Shown: positions 44,572 to 60,175 of the stretch, in pieces
Layout of the letters: every line of letters begins with the position of its first letter
How positions within the stretch are numbered: the stretch's first letter is position 1
From: Piromyces finnis finn
Taxonomy: Eukaryota > Fungi > Neocallimastigomycota
Length of the DNA: 64,000 nt
NCBI GenBank assembly: GCA_002104945.1
Contig: MCFH01000001.1
Location: 744,001-808,000 of the forward strand
Direction: 5' to 3'
Position numbers and translations under genes: made by a program
Notes under the pieces: generated by a model
The model's database searches: none
What the model saw: the letters and a program-made list of their open reading frames with translations, nothing else
Told to the model about the DNA's origin: nothing

Positions 44572-45867
44572 TCCCATTACACCATTAATTTATATATTAA
44601 AAATTCAAATTATGATATATATGTTTTTTTTTTTAAATATAACAAAACAATATAGGAATTATAGGAATGTCATTAAAGCATTAAAAATCAAATCAAATAA
44701 ATATAAATTCAAATTTAAAATATCAATAAGAAAAATAAAGATTAAAAGTAAAATAAAAAAAAAAAAAAAAAAAAAAAAAAGAATTAAAAACTAAAACTAA
44801 ACAAATACACATAGAATATAAATTTAAAAATATAATAAATACAATCCTTTTGTTTATACCAAATCAATAATAATACCTATATATTTTTAAAATAAAGAAT
44901 TTTTTAAAAGTATTTCTTTTTGAATAATATTAAAATAGTCAAAAAAAAAAAAAAAAAAAAAAAATAGCAGATATATATATAATAATTTATAGTTTTATAG
45001 TAGATACATAATTGGTTTAATGTAAGAATTACATAAAATCCAAGAAATTTATTGTTTTTATATGCTATCATTGACTATTAATGATTGTTATTTTTTCAAT
45101 ATATATTTCAATTTTTTTTTTATTACAAAAATATATATTTATAAATATTAATATATACTTTATTTATTTACAAAGAATATATATTTATAAAACATTTCTT
45201 ATTGCAACAATCTGCTTCCATGTATTTTATTATTTTATATATTATATATAAAAACCATACCATTTTATTTTATATATATATAAACCTTAAGTAAATTATT
45301 ATATTTATAATTGACTTTATAAAAAAAAAAAGATTTATAAAAATAATATTAAAATAAAAATATATCTATTTATAAATAAATGTTTAGATAATTTTTTTTT
45401 CATATATCGTAAGTTTTAATGTTTATAATGTTTTCGTATAGCCTTTAAAACAATATTATTAATTATCAAATATTATATACATCTTAAGAAATTTCTAATT
45501 TTTACTAAATAATTTATATGTTGCCTCTTTGAAAATTATATTAATTTTCATACCAAGAAATTTTTTTTTAATCTTAATATTGTTTCAGTTTTTGTTAAAA
45601 CTTTTATTTTTACCTTTTTTAAAAATTTAAATTTAATAATTTTCATACCAAGAAAACTTCTTAAACTTTAATAATGACTAGTAAATAAAGTTTAATTTAT
45701 ATAATGAATTATGCTATTATTATTTATTATTCTTAAACACCTTTACTACAGGTTTTTACTATACCATATATTTAAGATACAAGCCATAATCATAAGATTT
45801 TATAATGGTTTAATTATTATTATTATATTTTATATTTATTGATACATTTAATTTATTACATTACATT

Positions 45868-46120
<253 letters not shown>

Positions 46121-47344
46121 TAATTACATTAAATGTAATACAACAATAATGTATTTCAATATAATCATGATTTTTTTTTAGGTAGTAAAATCAGATGAAT
46201 TTTTTTTTTTTTGGCTATATTATTTATTATTATTATAATTTATTATTATAAATAAATGTAATCTTGTTTATTATGCATATATTATTTAAATTTATTCAAT
46301 TACTTAAATTTCAAGCCATAATTATTTATTGGAGTTGAATGTGTGTGTGTGTGTGTATTGTTGTTTGGTTTATAGCATGATTTTCCTAATAATAAAATTA
46401 AGGTTATTTTTATTAATTAATCAATTATTCAATCAAAGATAAAAATTCTACTGTAGAATAGAATATTAAAAAAAAATTTTTTTAAAATATATTTTTTTTT
46501 TTTTTTTATTCTGCTAACATTCAATATTCACATTATTTATTATTTTTTTTTATAATATCGAAAAAAGATAATAATAATAATACCATTTATTATTAAAAAA
46601 AAAAAAAAAAACATATTAATTAAATTATAATTAATACTGTTAATTTGTGAATATTATCATATTTTATTAAAGAAATCTATCAATTTTTACATAAAGTATT
46701 GAAATACCATAGATATCATTTAAAAAAAAAAAGTATAAATAAATTGATATTTATTTTATTATATTCATCTTTTTTTTTTTAAAAAAAAATAATAATTAAC
46801 TATTAATATTTTTATATATAAATAGTAAAATAATCTTTGTATATATTTATTAATATTCAATATTATCAATATCACAATATTATTGTTATTTCATTATAAT
46901 ATTGATTTAAACAACGACTATTTTAATTTTAATAGAAATTATAATATATATATAAAGAAAAAACATTTTATTTTTTAAAAAGAAATATAATTATTTAATA
47001 AATTTTTTATTTTAAAAAAAAAATTATCAATAATTAATCACAAATATTATACGACAAAGCCAAGAAAAAAGAATTAACAAAATTTAATATCAACAACTAT
47101 AGACCTAAGTGTAATATTTATTTTAACATATCATAAAAAAAAAAAAAAAATAAAAAATAAAATAAAAAGAAAGGTAATTTCCTCACTTTATAGTAAAAAT
47201 TTAATGATTTTTATTTTTAATTCTCATTTATAATTAACCCTCTTTTTTTAATGAGATAATAAATTTCTAATTTTTTTTTTTTTTATTTTATTTTTTAATA
47301 ATTTAATCTATATAAGCAGACGTAATTATTATATAATATTAATC

Positions 47345-48669
47345 ATGAATTTAACTGATGAACAAGAAAAACAATTAAAACTTAATGAAGTTGATGATTT
47401 GGTTTTTGGAGCTGTAATTATTTAATTAATTTTATAATTATCAAGTAAAAAAAATTATTCAAATTTTCAGAATAAAAATGTTAAAATAAAAAATAATATA
47501 TATAATTAATTCTTTTTAAATAGATTTCGGGAATAGCAGGAAAAATCGTAGAATTTCCATTTGATACAGTTAAAGTTAGACTTCAAACCAGTTCTAAAGG
47601 TACTTTTAACGGTACTTTTGATTGTATTGTAAAGACTTACAAAAATGAAGGCATATTTGGTTTCTATAAAGTAAGATTTATATATTTTTCATTGCTTTTC
47701 ATTTATAAATTATTAAAATAATAATATTTAAAATGGTTTAACTTATGATTTTTTTTTTTTTACATTTTATTTAAAATAGGGTCTTTCCTCACCGTTAGTT
47801 GGTTCTATGATTGAAAACGGTATTTTATTTTCAGGGTTTTCTTATGCTCAACATCTTATTAAAAAAATTACTAAAAAATCAGAAGATGAACCTCTTAGTA
47901 TGGCACAATATACCCTTGCCGGTGGAATTGCAGGTACTGGCGCTGCTATGCTTTTAACACCTGTTGAGTTAGTTAAATGTAAATTACAAGTTCAAGATGT
48001 TGAAGCATTATACCAACAAGCTAAATCTTCAGCTACTAGTAATATAGCGACTAACACAACCCATAATGTTTCTAAAATTTATTATAAAGGTCCAATTCAT
48101 GTTATTTATAATACTATCAAAAATCATGGTATAAGAGGTATGTATCGTGGGCATTTAGGAACTCTTATTCGAGAAGTTGGTGGTGGTGCTGCTTGGTTTG
48201 GTGTATATGAATTAGCATGTAATTACATGATGAAATCTTCACATATAAAGAATAAGGATGATCTTCCTCCTTGGAAACTTGCGATTAGTGGTGCCTTAGC
48301 AGGTGTTGCTTATAATTCAACTTCATTCCCTGTTGATATGATTAAGAGTAGAATGCAAACTGAAAAATTTATTATATCATCAACTGGTAAAAAAATAGGA
48401 CAAAAGTTGGGTAAAGGTTTTATTGCTACTGCTACTGATATTTATAAATCTGGTGGTATACGTGCTTTCTATAAAGGTTGCGGTATCACTATTGCTAGAA
48501 GTGTTCCTTCCAGTGGTATTATTTTTGTAACATATGTAAGTATTGTTGTAACGCTATTACTACTAATAATATACATTTACTATATTGGAATTGAAATTAA
48601 TATTGTATTATTATAATTTTTATATAGGAATTACTAAAAAGAAACTTTGGTAGACACGAGTATGTTTAA
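47345..48669 (+). CDS. Mitochondrial carrier family (SLC25) protein, ornithine/basic amino-acid carrier (ORT1/SLC25A15)-like, 4 exons
   Basis: Three Px[DE]xx[KR] signatures (FPFDTVKVRLQ, TPVELVKCKLQ, FPVDMIKSRMQ), plus GFYKGLSSPLVGSMIEN, LIREVGGGAAWFGVYE and IARSVPSSGIIFVTYE. Substrate assignment is inferred. Confidence 0.9.
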
Positions 48670-49260
48670 ATACAACAGTAATAAAAATCCAGTTATTACT
48701 TTGTCTATGACATTAAATATTATATATATAGATATATAAATATATCTATATATATATAACAATAATTAAAAATTAAAAAAGTGTATATATTATTTTCATA
48801 TATGAATTATTTAATAATTATGCAAATAAAATAAAAGTAAAAAATTACAAATGATAAAAGAATTAAAATATATTTGTGAAATTGTTAATAAAGCATGAAC
48901 ATAGTATTTGATGCTAATTTTTTTTTTTTTTTAAAAAAAAATACTAGTAATTACTAAAAACAAATAAGCATACATATTTATTATTGTTAACTATTTAATT
49001 AAAAATATAAATATTGGTGTTTTTTTTTTTTTTTTTTTAATTGTATAGAATATCAAAGTATTATATATATATACCGATCTATGTGTATAAATCTTTATAT
49101 TAACATATATGATATATTACAAATTAATTCTTTAATTCTTTATTATTACATATTTGGGTGGTGGTGCTATATTGAAAATACAATATTTTTTTTTTTTAAA
49201 ATGTATATAATAAAAAAAAGTTAAAATTTAAAAATTTATAAAAGTTAAATTTTTAAAACA

Positions 49261-49411
<151 letters not shown>

Positions 49412-49869
49412 GTTTAGAAAAAGTTTTACAGCAAACTATTTTCTATAATAAGACCATACAAAAATATTAAAAAGTTAATGTTATTTGAAAAATATGTCAT
49501 CTTTTTTTTTTATAATTATATTGGTAATGTTTTGTTAATATCATAAATGTATTATACTTTTAAAGAACAAACACTATCCTATTATCGTAAAAAAGTTAAA
49601 ATATTGTTTTAGGTCAATTCTTTTAAAATATTATGTTTCATTTTTGATAATAGTATTATTACTTGTTAATAATAATATATATCAAATATAAATTGTTATA
49701 CATTATATTTTTATATTTTTTTTTTATATAACATTTTTTATGAGTAGTAATTTTTTTTATTTTTTTATATTAAATTTTAAAATTAAGGATTAATTTTATT
49801 ATGAAATAAAGTTTTTTGGTTTTAATTAATTTTTATTTAAAAGTTTATTAAAAAAATAGTAATCTAATT

Positions 49870-49904
<35 letters not shown>

Positions 49905-50280
49905 TTGTATGTAAACTTAAAAAAAGAAAAGCTATCCTTTATCTCCATTCTATTCATAATATTGCCTTTATTATATATATATATATATAATATTTTTATT
50001 AAGTGACCATTAAAGAAAAAATAAAAAAATAAAATACAAAATTGTTAATATAATTAAAATTTTTAGAGTTTATCAATATATTTAAAAAAGAAATTATTCC
50101 TAAAGTAATTTTTCATATATATCATATCTATATACTTATGGTTACTACCAATATATATATATATATATAAAATAGAAGATAAAAAAAAAAAAAGACATTT
50201 CTACATTTTCATATAATTTATTTATAGTTATTGAGGTTATACAATCTATTATAATATCTTTTAGATTTTAATGTTACTAT

Positions 50281-53200
50281 ATGAAAAAAAAGGCTAGTTT
50301 AAATAATCCACAAAATGAGTTACTTCAGTTTGAAAAATTGCTTGTTAAAAATTTAGGAAAAAGTAATGGTGGTTCCATGCCGAATCTTCATAAGGAATCG
50401 TATTCCTCTAGTTCTGTGATTTTTGATAAACCATTTTCATCTAATTCAAATATTTACAAAAAAGCAAATAATAACATTTCAAATTTAATTCAATCATCAA
50501 ACAACATAATAGGCAAAACATCATTATATGATAACAATAATGTTTTAGATACTAAACAATTAAAGTATGTTATGCTAATTATTAACATTTACAATATCAT
50601 TCTTAAATTTAAATAATAAATTCAAATAATCTATAATTTATAGAATATTAAAGTCTATCGATATATTAAGGAAAATGATATATTAACATACCCATTGTTC
50701 TTTTATATATATTTATTAAATATTATATTATTAGAACTAATGTTGATTCTATTGGTATACTGAATACAAACAACATTAAAATATTTACTACCTATTTTAC
50801 AAATTTATGTAATTATTATTTTTTTTTTATCTATATGAAAGTGAATGATATGATAAATAGATATAAGATTTCATTATATTTTAAAATTTTATCAAAAAAA
50901 CCAATGAATATATTTTTTAAACTAATAATGATAATGTCAACTTTTTAATATATATATTTATTATAATAATATAAATCTATCAGCTCATAAAAAAGAATTA
51001 TCATTTAATAATGCATTTATTTCAATATCATCATATTTTTCAAATTGGTCGGAAATATTCATTAAATTTTTTAAACAAGTATGTAGAATGTCAATTTATG
51101 TTATAAAATTATAATAATTAAAAAGAAAAAAAAAACTAATTATATTTTTAATTTTTATGTTTTCAACATTTTTTTTTTTAAAAATAAAACAAAGTTTTTG
51201 ATAGAATTTGAGATACCCAAATGTCCTGAATATATTGAAAGATTAAATATTCTAAATTATGAATCTATAGAAAAAAAGAATAATTCGAATGAGAATAATA
51301 TTAAAAATTGTATATTTTCATTGTATAAATGGAATTATTTATTTTTAAATATAATGGTAGATTTTGAAGATATTTTTATAATAAATATTCAATATATATG
51401 TTGTAAAGTATTAATACTCTTTTTAATACAATACATATATACTTTTTATTTAGAAATTTGTGGAAGAAAGAGAAACATATACAAAAAAGATTGTAGAACA
51501 TTATGAATCTCAAAATGAACATTTACAATTATTAAAGGAGATAATTAATCAAAAATACGGAAAAGATTCAGCACAATCATTGATACGTGAATATCTTAAT
51601 GAGAAAAAGCAATTAATGAAAATTGAGTCCGAAAAAATACTTTATAGTAACCTAAAAAATGATGAACTTTTTGATAAAAAACAATATATAGAAAAAAGAG
51701 AAACAGAGACACAAACGGAAACAAAAGAATATTCTGATAAATCTATTGAAACAATAAATGTAACATAACATATATTACTTTTTTTTTTCTGTTAAAATAT
51801 ATTGAATATTATATGATAAAAATCAAGAAAAAATAAAATTATTAACTAATCTTTTTTCCAAAATATGAAAAGATTCATCGTAAAACAGAAAGTATACAGA
51901 CTTTGCTAAATGGAAAAGAGATTGAAGAAAATTTAAATTCTCTAAGTACAATGACATCAAAAGTAATAAATACAAGATTAATTATTTATATACACCTTAT
52001 TTCTATTATAATTCAAGTAGTTAACAACTTTTTTTTTTATCCTAATAAAGGTTAAAAGTTTAGAATTAGCACATGCTTCATCCATGAATGAGTTATCCGA
52101 TTTAAAAGAAGATTATAATGTAAAATATATATAGATTATTTAAATTTTAAAAAAGTTAATTTTATATAATAATATAATATTATTAAATTATAAATTTTAT
52201 AGAAAAAACAATCGGAATTGAAAACTCAAATGGAAAATAAAATGGCATTAATTCAGAATGAATATAAGGAATTAAAAAATAGTAAGAGTAATCTAGAAAA
52301 TGAATTAGATTTTCTATCTAATAATTATGATAAACTAAGGAAGGAATGTAAGTTATAATTTTTTTTTCATTAATATTTCATATATTTCATATTAAATAAA
52401 AAATATATTATTTCTTTTTTAATAATTATTTAAATTATTTAGGTGAAAGTATTACTTCCTCTAACGAAAAATTATGTGAATGGAAAAACTTAAATGAAAA
52501 GACTTTATCAGAAAATAAAAAATCGATGGAATTATTAAGTGAAGAATTGAAACAAAAAATTGAAGAAATAAAAAATATTCAAAATGAATATGAGGAATAT
52601 AAAAAAAGTCAAGAAGCTGAACTAGAAACAAAAATAAAAGAAATAAATGATTTAAATAATAAAATATTGAATTTAGATCAAGGAATTAGAATGCAAAAGA
52701 TCAAAGAAACATCATTAACAGAGGAAATAGATATATGGAAAGAAAATGAAAAGAAACTTAAAGAGACATATGGTGACCTTCATTATTCATTATTGATTGC
52801 TCAAGAAGAAATTATTAAACTTCAATACAAATTGGAAGAAAGTGATAAAAAATGTAAAAATTATGAAACCAAAATTAAAGATTTGCAATCTCAATTATAC
52901 ACTATAGTAGAAAATCCAGAAACTGAAGTTAATTCCAGTATTTTAATGACAGGTATTATATTATTATTATTATTATTAGTATTAGTATTAGTATTAGTAT
53001 TTCAATTTTGTTGTATAGCAAATTAATGTAGATTTTATAATTATTTTAGATTCAATTATTGAAGAAAAAATTGCAGCAAATAATATTAAGATATCAATAC
53101 TAGAAGAAATCAATGATAGTTATAGAAAAATCCAATTAGAAAAAGGTACACAAATAATATTTTATCAAAATATATATAATGAATTCTATTATTTTAATTA

Positions 53201-54322
53201 TTTTATAATTTTCGTATACTAAATACAAAAAATGTTAATATTATAGTTAACACAAAATCTATAAATTTGAAAGAAAAAATTGAAAAAACCAGAAAATCCC
53301 AAGAATTATTTGAAAATGAAAGATTAAAGAAATTATTGCAAAAGAGTAAAGCGTATGAAGAACAAATGAATAATTATTTAAATAACTATACACCACCACA
53401 TCCACCAGAAAGAAAAAGAGATATTAGAAGTGCATCATCGATTATTACGATAGAAAGTATAGATGATGAATCTAATTATAATGGAATGAGTAGAAATGAT
53501 GAAATAAGAAATCATAGATCTTCATCAAAAACATCAATTAAAAATTATCCTAATAAAATTAATAGTTTAGATTATGAAAATCATAAAAATAATACAAGTA
53601 ATAATAATGGTAATAATAATAATAACAACAATAATAATAATAATACCAATTCTTCTTACACTGAAAATTATTTTATTAAACCAAGCAACTCTGGTAACAG
53701 TAATCTATCCAAAAATATAGTTAACAATTCCAATAGTAATAATCATGACAATATTAATATAAGTAATAAGAATAAGAATCATTTTCCAACGTTAAGTAAG
53801 GAAAATGACCCTAAAAATACGAATAACAAAATATTTTGGAACGCACCAAAAAAGAATACTAAATTTAATAATATATACCCAACCACCTATACCTCATCAA
53901 TAAAAATGGCGGAAATTATATATAAAAATTTCCCAAGACCCAATAATAAATTTAATACTTCTAATGATAATAATAAACTCAAGAATAATGTATCAGGGTC
54001 CAATAAAACCCCAATGATTCAAAAAACCACTTCTCTTACATCCAATAATAAAACGCACTCACAAAACTCAACTAATGTAAAAACATTAAATGATATACAA
54101 ACAAAATATCCTCCAACTAAATTAAGTAAATATATGATACCATCAAACATTATAAAAGATTCTATTAATAAATCTTCTCATGTATCTATATTTAATTTCA
54201 ATATAGAGCCTTTAGAATCAAATAAAAAACCTAATGATACAAAAATTACAAAATCATCAACAACAAAACATTTATCATTTAGTGATACCACCAATAGTAT
54301 CTATTCTAAAAGGAAAAAATAA
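50281..54322 (+). CDS. Multi-exon coiled-coil protein with a long Asn-rich disordered C-terminus, unknown function
   Basis: ORF fragments 50281-50616, 51460-51768, 52526-53026 and 53267-54322 plus short E/K-rich exons bounded by AG/GT sites. Heptad-like Glu/Lys/Leu composition. The 5' exon structure (50.6-51.4 kb) could not be resolved, so this may be more than one gene. Confidence 0.55.
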
Positions 54323-54601
54323 AAAAAAAAGTCATAAATAAAAAAAAAATTCATATATCATTTTTAATATGAACTTAATAAGATTATTGTTTCTTTAAAA
54401 TTTTTGAATATAATAATAAAAACTATTGAATAGATTACATATATATTATAATAAAATGTTTTTTTTTTTTTTTGGATAGTTTAATAATTTATTTTATATT
54501 AAATAAATGAAAATTCATGGTATAATTTATTTAATTTATATCAATTTAAAAAAAAAAAATAAAGAAAAATTTCTATTATTATTATTATGGATGGATGATG
54601 A

Positions 54602-57600
54602 TTAAACACTAATACATGACATATATTTTAAGGCGATAAATCCATACCCAAATATATTATTTTTATTACCATTATATTGTAATGAGATAACTGAATTTGA
54701 TGGTAATGATAGATAATCCTAAAATTTTTTAAAAAGTTTTATTAGTTAGTAGTTCAAAGATAAGGTTAAATGATAATAAGTTTTATTAAATAAGAAACTT
54801 ACAATAAGACTAAGACCAGTTGCTGAACCAGGTTTTAATTTTCCATTAGCTAGGACATAGCCAGAAGAATGATGAACAACATATGAGGATGAATTTATTG
54901 CTGACATTACTGTTTCTCCATTAATTATAAGTTTTATCGTTGGCTTGACCTTGGTAAAGAAAGCAAATGAAATTTCGTATATTCCTTCATTTTGAACTTT
55001 AATGTTACTATTATTTATTTCCCAAATAAAATTGTTTCCATCTGTATTATAAGTTTCAATATTCCATGGAATGCTTGAATCAAAGTTTAATGTTTCAGAA
55101 TTCCATATCCATTGTCCACATTGACAGAAAGGTTTTCTTAAAGATTGTTGATAAATATCTTTGCAATTGTTTATATCCGATGCTATTGATCATAAACGTA
55201 TTATAGTATAAATATTATATTAAAATTTGAAAAAAATTTTTTTCTTTCTTTTTCTTTCTTTTTTTTTTTTTTATTTGTTTATACTAGTATTTTTATATTT
55301 TTTTCACAAATTATTAAAAATAAAATATAATTACCGAGTAAGAATAATTTTTCATCAAAACTATTTTCTAATTTTTCAATTTCAATTTGCATATTTTGAG
55401 GTATAATATAATTATTATTATTATTTTTATTTTCATTGAAATCAACGCTAGTATTATTGTTTTCTAGATTGCATATATTAAGGGAATTCTTAATTAATAA
55501 ATTAATATACACCTTTAATAAATTATTCTCTTCATTATTACCACAATTATTATGTGAATTTGTGGATTTAGGTGTTAAATTAGATAAATTATTTTTATGA
55601 ATGGCTTCTTCTTCAATTAATTTTTTAATATAGCTATTAAATATTTTTTGGGTATCATTAAACTTAAATATATTGTGGAAATTAGAGTTTGAATCTAATG
55701 TGTGATTAAATATTGATGTATTATTATTATTATTGTATCCACAGGAGTAACATTTTCTGATACAATTAGTACAATGACAATTTTCGTTACCATCATCAAT
55801 TTTACTAAATCGGTCATTAATATTATAGGAAATATGATTTAATTCTGTTTTTAGTTCTTCTCTAGTTATAAGATGTTTCATCAATTCTTTTAACACATCA
55901 TTACTAACTTTTTCATGGAGAATATTTTTAATTTTCAATAGTTTTGGCTTTACCGATTCCTTTATAATATTAATAATTTTATCTTTAAAAATGGTTGATT
56001 TCAACATTTTATTTATTGTTTCATTTAATATTTCATTGCTTAGTTCATTATTACCACTATTACCATTACTATTCATTGTATTTACGGTGGTATTATGGGA
56101 TGAATCATTATGACTTGTGAAAAAACTGTCATTACTTAATGATTCTTTTGATCCACGATTTATATATAGATTGGATATGATCATTTGCTTTATAGCATCA
56201 TAAATAACATTGATACGATCATTGAGAGATATATATTTTTGAGAATCTATTTTATCTTTATAATATTTTATATTACTGTTATTATTATTTAATAATAGTT
56301 GAATATTATTTTCAAAATAACGTTCATCATTTTCATTAAAACTTCCTATTGAATATTGGAAGTAACTTATTTTTTTAGTTAACTCAGTTAAAATATTTTT
56401 AACACTTCCCATTTGCTGGTGGACAGGAACTATATTTTTATCAAGATGATTCCATACTTCCTGAACTGAATCGTTTATTTGATTGTCTAGTTTTTCTTTT
56501 AAAAATTTCAACTTTTCTTCCACTATTGATTCTGTATCATATTTTAATTTTGACACTATATAAGATATCATTGGACTATTATTATTAACAATAATGTTAG
56601 ATGACAAATCTTCTGATGTTATATTAAATAGTCTTACCATATAGTTTAATATATTTTCCATTCTATTCATTTTTACATTCATATCTTTATTAGCATTATC
56701 TTTGATTTGCACATTCTTTTTATCATTATCGTTATCACTATCATTATTAATCGTATTAGTTTGAGGCAGATTTAAGTTAATACTCATTACCGGTACAGTA
56801 TCTAATTCATTTTTTGTTTCATGATTAATTTTTAATATATTATTAGCAATCAGTGCACTTTTTATTGTATTCAATTGAGAATTTAAATTTTCATATTTAT
56901 ATTTAATGGATGCGAGATCTTTATTGACTACTTCATTTTGATAATGTTGTTGAGATGAATGATCCGACGGTTGAAGGAGAGAACAATCACTTTGTATCTT
57001 TTTAAGACTATTTTTTATTTCATTGATCGTATTTTGATTTTCTAGAATTGTGGAATAATTTCCTAGACTATCCAGTTCTTGTTTAAAGTAATTGATATCA
57101 ACTTTTTTTTCTAATTGTTTTCTATTTTGAGTTACACACATCATAATATGATGATAATCTTCTTCCATTTGAACCATTTGTTTCTTTAACAATATTATTT
57201 CGTCATTTTTATTGTTATTTTTATTATTTGGATTAAAATTATTTTCCATTTTACCCACATTATTACTTATTTGAAAGGAGGGGTCAGCCAATTTATTATT
57301 TATGATTTCTAAATTTTCTTTCAATAAAGAAATATCTTGGCTTAAGAGGTCCATTTGATTAAATTGATTAAATGAATTAGTGGCGTTTTTTGAATATTTA
57401 TTCATATCTTCTGTTAAAAAATTATAAAGCTCTTTATTTTTCCCATTTTGACATACAATTCTATTACTAAGCTTTGCAATATTATCTTCATCTTCTATTT
57501 TATTGTATTCCTTATACGGTGTTTGAATATTTAAAAATTTTTTGTATAATTGATTATAAATAGTATCATTCTTCTTTTTAGGATAATTTTGCGTTACTTG

Positions 57601-57876
57601 AACAGATGCTACAAATAAAATCATTTCTTTGCGTAGTTCATCCTTTAGCACTTCATGAGCATCCATTATATCATCTGTTTTTATTATTTTTATTTCCTTT
57701 TCAATATATTTTAATTTCATTTGAAGATCTTGTATAATTTTAGCTTGTTGTTTAATGGTTTGATTTTGTTCTAGCATAATATTTAACATCCCATTAAGAG
57801 ATTTATTGAGTGTTGCATCATTGCTGGTGTCAATGAGAGGCGACGAATATAATTCGTTTACTTTTAGTGTATCCAT
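54602..57876 (-). CDS. Coiled-coil protein with a C-terminal C1q/TNF-like beta-sandwich domain (exons 57876-55335, 55182-54803, 54718-54602)
   Basis: 865-aa ORF splices in phase to an unannotated tail: GQWIWNS...IPWNIETYNTDGNNFIWE...EGIYEISFAFFTKVKPTIKLIINGETVMSAINSSSYVVHHSSG...ATGLSLIDYLSLP...YGFIALK. The alternating beta-strand pattern and G.YEISF motif are C1q-like. Confidence 0.75.
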
Positions 57877-58855
57877 TATAAATATTTATTATATGTGATA
57901 TATCTTTTATATAAAACTATTTTTATTAATACATAATTTTTATTTTTATATTTTTTTATATACAAGTATATAATAGACTATTTCATGTAGTTTTTACATA
58001 TATACATATATAATTTTTTTTATTTGTTAATAATATTATCTTCAAAGTGTTAAAAAAAAAAAATTAAACAAATTTTATTTTATTAGTATTTTTATTATTC
58101 TTCAATTTAATATTTAATAATAAATAAAATTGTTTATATTTTAACTTTAATTTTTTTTTAAAGTTTATATAATGTGTAGTAAAAATTTGAATAATAAACC
58201 AATAAAATGTAACAAAATTAATTATAAATGTCAAAAAATTTAATAGTTTGACTTTTATTTTAATTCTTCTATCTTTTATTCATAACATTTAAATACCAGA
58301 AAATTCAAGTAAATTGACCTCCATGATAGTATTTTATTTTATTTTATTTTATTTTTAAGAAAAATATTATGTATATATGTTTATTTTTACATTTATAGTA
58401 TTTTTATATTCTATAGTATTTATAATTGTTTAATATTTAATCTGAAATTGAATTGTAAAAGAGTTTTTATAATTGTCTATTCAATTTTTATTTTATTTTA
58501 TTTTATTTTAATAATAAATTATTTGTATATTCTATTTTATAATTACATCTATTTTAGTAATCTATTTTATAATTAATTCTATTTTAATTTTTAAAGTGTT
58601 ATTATCCCACTTTAATTATTAAAATTTATTAAAATTCATAACTGGTAGGATTGACTATGATTCTTTATAGTCCTTTATACCATTTTTTTTTTATTTTTTT
58701 AAAAAAAAAAGTTATGTTTATCTATAATTAAAAGTACTAACGTATAATCGTTAATTACCTTTGTCATTTAATTTATTTTTATTATCATTTCTTTTCTATT
58801 AATGATAATTTTTCTAATGTATTTAAGTATTTTAATAAATTAAAAAAAAAACTTT

Positions 58856-60045
58856 TTAATTTTCTATTTTTAATTCATTTATATCCACCCAACTTGATTC
58901 ATCAATGTTATCAAAATCCTCATACAATAAAGCATTTCCAGTATACCACTCTATGGCTTGGGGAATTAAAACATCTTTAATGATTTCACCAATTTCGAAA
59001 ATTTGATTTAATGTTTCATTAATAATATTTGATTCTAATTCATCTTCATGGTCTTCTGGATTTGGTGGATAGAATATCATAAAGAAGGATGAAGATTTCT
59101 TTATTTAGACATTTTAATATAAATATTTTAAATGTTTCGAGTTAATATTTTATAAAAAAAATATAAAAATTTATTATAACAATAAAAAAAAAAAAATTAT
59201 ATAAAAGATAATTATCTATTCACTATAACTAAAAATAATAATAATATATGCTATATATTTTATAATGTATAGCATAATAATAATTTATTTATTTACTTAT
59301 AATTATAAACATTTTTGTTTTACATACATTTTGAACAGCTTCTTCAATATAATCTTTATTTTTCCAGAGAATATTTGTACCTTCAACATAAGAATGACTA
59401 TATTCTGCTTTTCCAAAAGTATTATCAAGTGTATAGTAAAAGGTTAAATATAAAGATTTATTACTGAAAAATATATTTTCTATTTCTTCATTCTTTTGAC
59501 TTTTTTGCATGAAATCGAAAACAAGTCTGAAATTTGCATTTTCCTGTAAATATTCAACTCTTATATCGGATAAAAAGGAAAGGATTTTGATATCTAATTC
59601 AGTTATATTTTCAGAAATTTTTGGATGGTGAAGCATTACTGTTAACCAAAAATCTGGAATACCTTTACATTGAATGTTGTTTAAACCATTAAATTCTGGG
59701 TATTCAGTATTATTATCTTCTTGTTTTGTTATTTCTTTATCATTATCACATTTTCCTGAAATAATATCTGCTCTTTTTTCCCAATATGGTTTTAACAAAT
59801 TCATGTATTTTTTTTCTACTTCAATTAATTCATTGCAATATTTTACTTGATAATAATAATAAAATATATATTTAATATTTTTTATATATTAAAAAAAAAG
59901 GCTTTTATATAGTTGAAAAAAAAAATAAAGTAAAATCACGAGTTTTAAATTATTACAAGAAATATAAAATAAAGATACCTTCTAAATCATATTGTTCTTT
60001 ATGGATATTCTTTAAAGCAATTAATTTACTTTTTAATGAGGTCAT
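58856..60045 (-). CDS. NAP1: Nucleosome assembly protein (NAP1 family), 3 exons
   Basis: LIALKNIHKEQYDLE|VKYCNELIEVEKKY..LLKPYWEKRADIISG, KGIPDFWLTVM, DIKILSFLSDI, FFSNKSL, SSFFMIF, FEIGEIIKDVLIPQAIEWYTG. Confidence 0.9.
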
Positions 60046-60113
60046 TTTTTATTTTTTTTAAATTTATTTTTGTAAATTATTTTTATTATTATTTATAAAT
60101 ATTTACTCTATAG

Positions 60114-60117
<4 letters not shown>

Positions 60118-60174
<57 letters not shown>
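60118..60174 (+). repeat. (TAT)19 microsatellite upstream of NAP1
   Basis: Perfect triplet run read directly. Confidence 0.9.
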
Positions 60175-60175
<1 letters not shown>

